A stretch of DNA of 41,657 nucleotides from a virus. Positions within the stretch are counted from its first letter, which is position 1, and every line of letters begins with the position of its first letter. The DNA lies in IMG/VR virus record IMGVR_UViG_3300027419_000013, positions 1-41,657 of that record. One strand, written 5' to 3'. Below are positions 1-6,137 of this stretch, piece after piece. A model generated the notes under the pieces. It made no database searches. It was given only the letters and a program-made list of their open reading frames with translations, and was not told where the DNA came from. Position numbers and translations under genes: made by a program.

Positions 1-127
1 TCTTGCCGTACTTCTCGGAATACTCACTCACCCAGGAGTCTATTGTTTCCGGAGCGGGTAAGAGTTCTCCAACTAGGGGCTCGTGTAAGGGCGTTTCTCG
101 TAATGCTTTAATCTTTGGAGCCCAGAT
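1..127. repeat. 127-bp exact direct terminal repeat, copy 1 (identical to 41531..41657)
   Basis: Base-by-base comparison of the first and last 127 nt shows identity. This implies a circular or terminally redundant genome with 41,530 bp of unique sequence. Confidence 0.97.
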
Positions 128-196
128 AAGCATAGCCAGTAACAGCCCGAACATAATCAGGAGTGTGGCCATTTCCTTAGTGAATTTGTGTTTCAT
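1..196 (-). CDS. 5' part of the membrane-anchored lytic transglycosylase gene (wraps the junction and continues at 41530->41259)
   Basis: ATG at 194-196 overlaps the stop of the upstream ORF (ATGA). Translation is MKHKFTKEMATLLIMFGLLLAMLIWAPKIKALRETPLHEPLVGELLPAPETIDSWVSEYSEKYGK..., with a hydrophobic N-terminal anchor. It joins in frame to the ORF ending at 41259, giving 155 aa in total. Confidence 0.7.
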   Translation of the reverse strand, partial: MKHKFTKEMATLLIMFGLLLAMLIWAPKIKALRETPLHEPLVGELLPAPETIDSWVSEYSEKYGK

Positions 197-462
197 ATAA
201 AGTTAAGTTGTTGCGGTTCTGTATGTAGGATGTAGTGTCCGGAAAAGTCCTCTCTTATGTCCCAACCCCTCTTTCTTAAATCGAATATCCTGGCACTGTA
301 GCGTAAGATGTGAAACTTATTAGCAAACTCGAAGTTATACACTCCTTCCGGGTGATCTTTTAATTCGTTAAGTATTAAGTTTTGTTGTGTCATTTTAGTT
401 TGCGTCCAGGCTAGTCTTTGGCGAGAACTCATTGAGGGGTTCTCGTGAAGGTTGAGATGCAA
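193..462 (-). CDS. small winged-helix-like DNA-binding protein (putative)
   Basis: 89-aa ORF. 'RYSARIFDLRKRGWDI' resembles the recognition helix and wing found in many small phage wHTH proteins. ATGA coupling to the next gene. Confidence 0.55.
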   Translation of the reverse strand: MHLNLHENPSMSSRQRLAWTQTKMTQQNLILNELKDHPEGVYNFEFANKFHILRYSARIFDLRKRGWDIREDFSGHYILHTEPQQLNFI

Positions 463-472
463 CCTTCTGAAC

Positions 473-703
473 TCAAGCCATGATTAACCTGGACTGGTCC
501 TCTGATCTAGCCATCCTGTCAAGCTCAAACCCATAGAAGTACCGCTTGAGGCACAGCCTATGAGTTTGTCGGCTAAACCTACCAGCTATCACTCCGGCAC
601 ATTCCGGACAGATCTCGTGATCCTTTACATCAGACCAATCTATTTGCTCGGACTTGATCCGCTTAATCTCTTTGTTAGTTAGTCTTAGAATGCTTTTCCA
701 CAT
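473..703 (-). CDS. hypothetical protein
   Basis: 76-aa ORF in the minus-strand gene chain, containing a CPEC motif. Confidence 0.5.
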   Translation of the reverse strand: MWKSILRLTNKEIKRIKSEQIDWSDVKDHEICPECAGVIAGRFSRQTHRLCLKRYFYGFELDRMARSEDQSRLIMA

Positions 704-840
704 ATTTGACAGTTGGGGATACCCCCGATCATTTCAGTAAAGGGATGTCTGCAGGTTTCCCAGGGCTTCTTGATCTTCTTTACCGAGTCCTTTAAGACCT
801 TCTCAAGGGGTACTATTTCGGTGGTTTTGTATTGTGGCAT
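685..840 (-). CDS. hypothetical small zinc-finger-like protein (51 aa, below the ORF-track cutoff)
   Basis: Hand translation: MPQYKTTEIVPLEKVLKDSVKKIKKPWETCRHPFTEMIGGIPNCQICGKAF. Its ATG overlaps the stop of the upstream gene (ATGA at 840). Confidence 0.4.
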   Translation of the reverse strand: MPQYKTTEIVPLEKVLKDSVKKIKKPWETCRHPFTEMIGGIPNCQICGKAF

Positions 841-1181
841 CATATTTTCCTTTGAGCAGCCGCCCGGCAGAAGGTTCCGTCCGGATTTAATGTAGGACAG
901 GACCAGAAGGCGTAGGGCTTGTTAGTTGTCTTTGAGGTGCCGGTCTTCCAAACCAGGGAAGATCCGTGTAGAGGACACTTACCGCCCTGCCCCTTCTCAC
1001 CGTCTATGCTTAGATCAGGAGGAGCTACGTTCGGTACAACGGTTTGTGCTTCGGGGTGGATCTTGCTCTGGATGTAAGTGACCAGTTGTTCAAACTCTTC
1101 CTTGTCGTCAGTCCTGACTACATACTGTCCATCGTGTCCGTTCCGGACAAACTCGCTGTATTGGAATTTAGGGTCTGTCAT
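840..1181 (-). CDS. hypothetical protein with C-terminal Cys/His zinc-ribbon-like segment
   Basis: The track ORF is 840..1208. The ATG at 1181 (MTDPKFQY...) is preceded by AAGAGG at about 6 nt. The C-terminus reads 'CPLHGSSLVWK...WSCPTLNPDGTFC'. Confidence 0.6.
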   Translation of the reverse strand: MTDPKFQYSEFVRNGHDGQYVVRTDDKEEFEQLVTYIQSKIHPEAQTVVPNVAPPDLSIDGEKGQGGKCPLHGSSLVWKTGTSKTTNKPYAFWSCPTLNPDGTFCRAAAQRKI

Positions 1182-1308
1182 AATTGACCTCTTTCTTGCT
1201 TTCGACAATAATTTCCTGCAGCTTTAAGAGAGCCTCTACATCATCCGTTCCTGCCCTGCCCAGAGAGACTCCGTAAAGGAAGATCTTGATGATGGTTTCC
1301 ATCTTCAT
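1168..1308 (-). CDS. hypothetical small protein (46 aa)
   Basis: The ATG at 1306-1308 overlaps the stop of 1305..1526 (ATGA). Sequence begins MKMETIIKIFLYGVSLGRAGTDD... Confidence 0.3.
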   Translation of the reverse strand: MKMETIIKIFLYGVSLGRAGTDDVEALLKLQEIIVESKKEVNYDRP

Positions 1309-1526
1309 ATGTTGATGTAATGGAGAATCTTGTCTCCTTCTCTGACTGGAATAGCTGGGTGTGAGCAAAGCCGGGGAAGGGAGGCCATAAACTGATCTGA
1401 TTCGTACCCTTCAAGTTTGGGAAGAGCCATCCTGGCCACAATCCCTCTGTGGGTCTTCTTCAAGACGGGAGGGTAGAAGCCCCCGATCTTGGCTAGTCTA
1501 TGAAAGGTCTTGGCGTGTTCTGTCAT
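1305..1526 (-). CDS. hypothetical protein
   Basis: 73-aa ORF, ATGA-coupled at both ends. Confidence 0.45.
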   Translation of the reverse strand: MTEHAKTFHRLAKIGGFYPPVLKKTHRGIVARMALPKLEGYESDQFMASLPRLCSHPAIPVREGDKILHYINI

Positions 1527-1693
1527 ACCTTATCCTTATTTAACCAGGCAACAGCTAATATCCGTTGTCTTGAGAGTTCCGGGTAATCCTTGCGGATTTC
1601 AGTAATAGAGAGGTCTTCTTTGAAGTACATCCTGGCGATGTTCTGGTTCCGGAGTTCCTTGGTTACTTTAGTCAGGTAGGTTTTGCGATCCAT
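1523..1693 (-). CDS. small HTH-like protein (56 aa, below the ORF-track cutoff)
   Basis: Hand translation: MDRKTYLTKVTKELRNQNIARMYFKEDLSITEIRKDYPELSRQRISAVAWLNKDKV. 'LSITEIRKDYPELSRQRIS' looks like a helix-turn-helix. The stop overlaps the next ATG. Confidence 0.45.
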   Translation of the reverse strand: MDRKTYLTKVTKELRNQNIARMYFKEDLSITEIRKDYPELSRQRILAVAWLNKDKV

Positions 1694-1724
1694 AGTGCTA
1701 TACTACTCCTCTATAAACCCCTTG

Positions 1725-1928
1725 TCAAGTACCCATAATAGCCTCAATCTCTGTCGTTGTCATCTCTCCAACGGTTTTTTCGATAATCCCTCCAACGGAT
1801 TTATTTTCCTGAAGGTTTTTTAAGTTTGCCGCCGATTTTTCTATCTGTAACATCCATCTGGTATTATTCCGACTCTTAGCCAAAGTCCATAGTTTCCTTA
1901 ATCTCTTTAACTTCTCTTGTAGTTCCAT
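1725..1928 (-). CDS. hypothetical protein
   Basis: 67-aa ORF in the gene chain. Confidence 0.5.
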   Translation of the reverse strand: MELQEKLKRLRKLWTLAKSRNNTRWMLQIEKSAANLKNLQENKSVGGIIEKTVGEMTTTEIEAIMGT

Positions 1929-1930
1929 AA

Positions 1931-2176
1931 CTATCCAAGGAGGTTAATATAACCTTTTTCTCTCGCCAACCTCCAGTGTTCTCTTGAATGACAAGATTGA
2001 CATAAAGTAAGTAAATTTTCAGTCGAATTGTTAGATTTGGTGTGTTTGTGATAATCGCCGGATAAGTCCAAGTGGTGTATTCCTAGTTTCTCTCTAGTTC
2101 CACAACCTTTACATTTAAACGAATCACGACTCCAAACCTCGTTTTGTATTCTTTTCCATTTTAAAGTTGACGGCAT
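1931..2176 (-). CDS. HNH endonuclease
   Basis: 'CKGCGTREKLGIHHLD...NLLTLCQSCHSREH' gives a CxxC...HH...N...CxxCH HNH signature. Confidence 0.85.
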   Translation of the reverse strand: MPSTLKWKRIQNEVWSRDSFKCKGCGTREKLGIHHLDLSGDYHKHTKSNNSTENLLTLCQSCHSREHWRLAREKGYINLLG

Positions 2177-2473
2177 AGTGTAATCTTAAAATATATCAAA
2201 CTTAGTCTACCCCCCCCTTAAACCCCCTTGGCCCCTTATTAACTAACACCATCCTCTCTTCGGTAGACTAGGACACGAATCAACCCACGAAAGAAAGAAA
2301 AGGGTAAAAGAAAGAAAGACAAAAACGGAGAAAATTGTGCATATTGAAGTAATTAACAATTTAAAACTTTTCGGCAAAAAAATCAACTGCCACTTAATGT
2401 ATCAAACGATATGATTTGATCCAGTATGATATACTTATAGTCATAGGGGAGAGCGGATTGCTCGTTTACGAAC
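2177..2473. other. largest non-coding region (297 bp): C8/C5/C4 tracts, 9-bp inverted repeat, 46-nt polypurine tract and an AT-rich segment
   Basis: No ORF in any frame. C-runs at 2210-2217, 2223-2227 and 2232-2235. tagtctacc (2203-2211) pairs with ggtagacta (2262-2270). The purine tract at 2289-2334 has only 3 pyrimidines. Confidence 0.6.
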
Positions 2474-2797
2474 TCACTCGTTACTCCCTATACCTACTTT
2501 AGGAAACTTACCAACCCCGATGAAGTGTTTCTTCTGCCACCTCAAAGCCCTTACTACTTCACAGGTGTTTCTGTCCTTCTCGGTGTGACAAGCCCTACTC
2601 AACCACTGTTTATTTGATTTCCGTTCTATTTGGTTGTGACTCCACCCTAATTCTCTGGCGATTGCCTTTCCTGTTATGTGGTCGCAGTTGACCTCGTTAC
2701 AGTGGGAACAGTTCTTTTTTTTGCATCTCTGACAAGCACAGTTCTCTACATGAAATTCCGCTTCGCAGGGGTTTTTCGGCTTGAATATCTCCTTCAT
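2474..2797 (-). CDS. Cys-rich HNH-like nuclease (putative)
   Basis: The N-terminal cluster has many Cys residues (CACQRCKKKNCSHCNEVNC). It is followed by 'DHITGKAIARELGWSHNQIE...LSRACHTEKD', a DH...N...CH pattern. Confidence 0.6.
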   Translation of the reverse strand: MKEIFKPKNPCEAEFHVENCACQRCKKKNCSHCNEVNCDHITGKAIARELGWSHNQIERKSNKQWLSRACHTEKDRNTCEVVRALRWQKKHFIGVGKFPKVGIGSNE

Positions 2798-3045
2798 ATA
2801 AATCCCACCCCCTTCTTCCTTAAAATCTCAAATTCCAAATCTCCGTCTTCTATGTAATATTTGACTCTCAGGTTCTCTTCTTCTGCCTCGTGCAGGAGTT
2901 CGATGTTGCACTTCATGACAGCAGCTTTATTCAGGAAATCTACCTCAGTGGTAGCCCCCGTCATAAACTCTTTCATCCACACCAGTTTTATGTTCAGGAG
3001 TTCTTCAAAAAAGACGTCCCTGCTTATACTCTCTCTTTCTTTCAT
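2794..3045 (-). CDS. hypothetical protein
   Basis: 83-aa acidic ORF. ATGA overlap with the downstream gene. Confidence 0.55.
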   Translation of the reverse strand: MKERESISRDVFFEELLNIKLVWMKEFMTGATTEVDFLNKAAVMKCNIELLHEAEEENLRVKYYIEDGDLEFEILRKKGVGFI

Positions 3046-3211
3046 TGAGCAGTTTCTTTACTTCAATTAACGGAATACAGACCTTCTCTTTACAGGACTC
3101 CATCGTCTGAACCGCCTCTATGGTCGATTCCATTCTTTCTAAGACACCGGGCTTGGGACTCTCCTCGTAGTGAGCCATGAGGCCGATACAATTCATGCAG
3201 ATTTCTTTCAT
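3005..3211 (-). CDS. hypothetical protein (CxxC-containing)
   Basis: The track ORF is 3005..3229. The ATG at 3209-3211 (MKEICMNC...) overlaps the stop of the upstream small ORF (ATGA). Confidence 0.5.
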   Translation of the reverse strand: MKEICMNCIGLMAHYEESPKPGVLERMESTIEAVQTMESCKEKVCIPLIEVKKLLNERKREYKQGRLF

Positions 3212-3372
3212 TTGTCCTCCTCCCCGCACTCATCACAGAAGTACCGACAATGACCCCAGTATGAGAGCCTTCCGTTACATTTCTTACATCTGGGTTCGGC
3301 AGAGATTAAGAACAAAATCCCCAAGTATGTTATGAAGAGAACACTTACGATTATTGCCACAATGGTCATCAT
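3208..3372 (-). CDS. small membrane-anchored zinc-ribbon protein (54 aa, below the ORF-track cutoff)
   Basis: Hand translation: MMTIVAIIVSVLFITYLGILFLISAEPRCKKCNGRLSYWGHCRYFCDECGEEDK. One TM helix plus CxxC...CxxC. Confidence 0.5.
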   Translation of the reverse strand: MMTIVAIIVSVLFITYLGILFLISAEPRCKKCNGRLSYWGHCRYFCDECGEEDK

Positions 3373-3374
3373 GC

Positions 3375-4277
3375 TCACCCCGATTCGTACACTTTGTTAT
3401 TAAAGGCAAATTGTTCTTTTTGAACCATTACTAGACACGGGTGCATGATCTTTGTTTGCTTGTCGTAAATTCCCACAGCAAAACCTTTAACCCAATCTGA
3501 GTCTTTTACATATTGAGGGGTGGGGTTGTAGTTACACAACGAGCCGGTTTCAAGCCAGAACTTTTCATCCCCGCCCTGGTTTCGAGTAATGAAGGCTAGT
3601 CTGTGGGTGTGCCCGGAGAACCCTGAGTGTCCTCTACGATCTAGCATGGCGTGGGCGGTGTACCCTGACTTCGATCTGACAATATCTCCGTGTTCTATTT
3701 CTACTGAACCTATTTTTTTATGCTCGTAATATGGAATCCACTTAATATCGTGTTCTTTTAAATTCATCAAATGAGGGATAGTTATTACCCTGTCCCCGTA
3801 TTCATCAAAGATCTCAGCTAAGGCCTGAGCGTTTCTTGCCAGATACTTTTGTAATCTAAATTCGTGATTCCCTTCCCTCCACTCTATTTCACAATCAGGG
3901 TTGGCTTTCCGGGCGGCCTTTTCCAATCCGTATACTACTTCTTTGGCTTTGTTAAGTTCATCTCCTAGAGTCACGTCAAAATCTAAAGGTAGGTCGTATT
4001 TCCCGGCTTCGGAGAAGTTCATAATATCCCCGTCCAGGTGAATGACATCGGGTTTAAGATCGGGTATTAATTGGGTTCTTATTATTTCGGCCAGACCGAC
4101 ATCGTGATCCGGAATTTGATAGTCAGAGAGGATTAAATGACGCTCAAATCTCTCCCGGTTCTCCACCGCTTTAGGTAACTCCGCTTTGGCAATTTTTCTC
4201 ATAAGTTCGGCTGTCTCCACCGCCCGGTAGGAGTTTTCTGTCGATCCGTAATACAGTCCTCTTTCATCTTCTTTCAT
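3375..4277 (-). CDS. calcineurin-like metallophosphoesterase
   Basis: Ordered motifs 'PDHD', 'HLDGDIMNF', 'REGNHEF' and 'GHTHR' are typical of Mre11/SbcD/PP-type phosphoesterases. Confidence 0.85.
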   Translation of the reverse strand: MKEDERGLYYGSTENSYRAVETAELMRKIAKAELPKAVENRERFERHLILSDYQIPDHDVGLAEIIRTQLIPDLKPDVIHLDGDIMNFSEAGKYDLPLDFDVTLGDELNKAKEVVYGLEKAARKANPDCEIEWREGNHEFRLQKYLARNAQALAEIFDEYGDRVITIPHLMNLKEHDIKWIPYYEHKKIGSVEIEHGDIVRSKSGYTAHAMLDRRGHSGFSGHTHRLAFITRNQGGDEKFWLETGSLCNYNPTPQYVKDSDWVKGFAVGIYDKQTKIMHPCLVMVQKEQFAFNNKVYESG

Positions 4278-4343
4278 GAAACCCCTCTGCCTGATAAATA
4301 ACCTGGTTGACCGCCCTCTCTTCGGCCACCATCACCCCCCATA

Positions 4344-4370
4344 GAAAAAGCCCCAGTTCTTTCGGGGCTT
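4344..4370 (-). terminator. intrinsic-terminator-like hairpin
   Basis: Minus strand reads AAGCCCC-GAAAGAACT-GGGGCTT followed by TTTTCT. It lies in the 156-nt gap between 4434..4691 and 3375..4277. Confidence 0.5.
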
Positions 4371-4433
4371 CTGTATCCTTGGGATTTAGTAATCCTTTTT
4401 TATATTCCCGCCATTTGACGATGTTGTATTCGT

Positions 4434-4691
4434 TCATGGTTCAATACGCTTGAAAGCAAAATCAAATAACCTGTCCTCTTCGTGATCTGAGTGGTAGTGA
4501 CCGTTTATCCTGTCATCCTCTTCTTCCCATTTGAGATACGATTGATCTGCCTGATGGTTGCATTGACTACAACCGCACTTCTCTGCTGAATGTAAATCCT
4601 GACACGCCTTCACCGCCAACCATTTAAGGTTTGTCTTCTCGTCCTTTAACAGACGCTCGACTGTTTTCTCGTAAGGGTCACGTTCGGTCAT
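4434..4691 (-). CDS. hypothetical protein (CGCSQC motif)
   Basis: 85-aa ORF in the chain. Confidence 0.6.
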   Translation of the reverse strand: MTERDPYEKTVERLLKDEKTNLKWLAVKACQDLHSAEKCGCSQCNHQADQSYLKWEEEDDRINGHYHSDHEEDRLFDFAFKRIEP

Positions 4692-4692
4692 G

Positions 4693-4923
4693 TTAGAAAC
4701 CTGTTAATCCTTTCAAACCCAATAACCCATCGTTCTGTTCTTTAACAGGAAGTTCCTTCTCGTATTCGTGGAGGAACTTATCCAGAAACCTCAATACCAG
4801 AATGGCAAAAGCTGCCCATTCGTAAGGTAAAGAAGCGAAGTATGAAATCGCCAGAGGAAGAATGGAAAGTACCAGTATCCTCAGGGGTTCTTTCAAAGCT
4901 TCTAAAATTGCTTCTTTTGTCAC
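4693..4923 (-). CDS. holin candidate (two predicted TM helices)
   Basis: Hydrophobic stretches 'LRILVLSILPLAISYFASL' and 'WAAFAILVLRFL'. It lies immediately downstream of the endolysin. Confidence 0.55.
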   Translation of the reverse strand: MTKEAILEALKEPLRILVLSILPLAISYFASLPYEWAAFAILVLRFLDKFLHEYEKELPVKEQNDGLLGLKGLTGF

Positions 4924-4924
4924 A

Positions 4925-5800
4925 TTAATTCACCACCTTTTTATAAAGTCGGAAAAGTAATGAATAAATCGTCCAAGATTTTATAAAGGTGTACCCTGAG
5001 GGTTGTTTGACGTCTGCCAACTTCTGTAAAAGATCTGTGACTTGCTTAGATAGTGCGTCCTTGTCGCTCTTGACGGCGTGTAGTGCCTCTAAAAGGGCTG
5101 AATCCGTCTCGAAAGCCCCAACTACACCTTCTATACCATCCCGGTACTTCTGAAGGGTGTCCTCTAGGCTTAAAAGTTTTGCCATCTCTCCCTCGACATC
5201 GACTAAAGACGATCCTGTTGGGAGATTCCACTCTGTTACCCACTTTGAAATAAACCCATCTAATTGTTTACCCTTCTCCAACGCCGAGGTGAGACCTATT
5301 GCGGCGTCTTTTAACATCGACTTGATTGCCTGTACTTCCTGAACTCCCCACGGCTCTCCGAGGTCTATTTTTACCTTATCCGGGTCTATAGAGGGGACGC
5401 TTTTGGGGCGAAGCCATCCTAAGACTCCTGTATAAGTGTGGGGTTGGAAGTGACACCGTGATTTATACGGGTCGTTCTGGTCGAAGGAAGTGAAACCTGT
5501 CGTTGAAGCAATATCGGTACAGATAGCAATGTGTCCGTACGTTCCATACTTAGTCCCCCAGACTATTACATCTCCTAATTGAGGAACCCCCGTTGGGGTG
5601 TTTACTATCTTCTCGTAGAAATCAGTCGGATAGTTTGTAAAGTAATCCACCGCATTTCCGGATGTATTAGGACCGCCCACTACACGGTTGTTATAGACCT
5701 GAAACAAATCAACACATTGGTCGGTCGTGGCTACATTGGCAATAGAGGAGTACTCCACCCAGAGGTCTAGGTATGAATCAAAAAACTCTAGTATGGTCAT
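4925..5800 (-). CDS. CHAP-domain endolysin (amidase/endopeptidase) with a C-terminal helical region
   Basis: 'DQCVDLFQ' supplies the catalytic Cys. 'GDVIVWGTKYGTYGHIAICTD' supplies the His, followed by 'FDQN'. This is the typical CHAP motif order. Confidence 0.85.
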   Translation of the reverse strand: MTILEFFDSYLDLWVEYSSIANVATTDQCVDLFQVYNNRVVGGPNTSGNAVDYFTNYPTDFYEKIVNTPTGVPQLGDVIVWGTKYGTYGHIAICTDIASTTGFTSFDQNDPYKSRCHFQPHTYTGVLGWLRPKSVPSIDPDKVKIDLGEPWGVQEVQAIKSMLKDAAIGLTSALEKGKQLDGFISKWVTEWNLPTGSSLVDVEGEMAKLLSLEDTLQKYRDGIEGVVGAFETDSALLEALHAVKSDKDALSKQVTDLLQKLADVKQPSGYTFIKSWTIYSLLFRLYKKVVN

Positions 5801-6045
5801 ACTTCAAACTTCTTTTTGAACCAGTCGATAGCCATGTTGACTACGAAAACAAGAACAAATGAAACAATCGCCACCCTGCCCATGATGTTTGCCTTCCACA
5901 CTTCCAAGGCCGAAACCCTGACATCGTACTTTTCCACAGAACACTGCATCTCTGACAGTCGGGTGTTTATCTCTCCGAACTTCTGCTCAAAGTATTTCTC
6001 AAAATATGGGGGGAATTTGTTGCTACTCATGTTGGAAAAGACCAT
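5797..6045 (-). CDS. lysis-cassette membrane protein with a C-terminal TM anchor (holin or spanin-like, putative)
   Basis: The track ORF extends to 6132 through a terminator. The ATG at 6045 directly follows the terminator T-tract. A coiled N-terminus is followed by 'GRVAIVSFVLVFVVNMAIDWF'. ATGA overlap with the endolysin. Confidence 0.55.
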   Translation of the reverse strand: MVFSNMSSNKFPPYFEKYFEQKFGEINTRLSEMQCSVEKYDVRVSALEVWKANIMGRVAIVSFVLVFVVNMAIDWFKKKFEV

Positions 6046-6070
6046 AAAAAAAGCCGCCCTTTTGGGGCGG
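6046..6070 (-). terminator. rho-independent terminator
   Basis: Minus strand: CCGCCC-CAAAA-GGGCGG followed by C TTTTTTT, then the ATG. Confidence 0.8.
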
Positions 6071-6137
6071 TTCTTGCCGTTAGCGGCTGGACCGAATACA
6101 TTCATTTTACACCCGTTTGGGGTGCAAAACAAGATTT

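Noticed and set aside
1-127. Terminal repeat as a genuine physical T7-like direct terminal repeat
   Set aside because: The repeat lies wholly within a continuous ORF, and its 127-nt length matches a common assembler k-mer overlap. It is more likely a circularisation artefact. Read-terminus analysis is needed to confirm this.
3-200. Plus-strand 65-aa ORF at the left end, and plus-strand ORF 41108-41482
   Set aside because: They are antisense to the SLT transglycosylase and small HTH genes, start at a TTG or a weak start, and show no motifs.
1241-1441. Overlapping track ORFs 1241-1441 and the long form of 1168-1368
   Set aside because: They overlap the 1305-1526 ORF in other frames with implausible composition. 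Only the ATGA-coupled short form, 1168-1308, is retained, at low confidence.
4264-4437. 57-aa minus-strand ORF (MNEYNIVKWREYKKGLLNPKDTEAPKELGLFLWGV...) with an ATGA overlap to the upstream gene
   Set aside because: Its centre is exactly the AAGCCCC...GGGGCTTTTT terminator-like hairpin, and the sequence has no protein-like features. I treat the interval as intergenic with a terminator, but it remains possible that the ORF is real.
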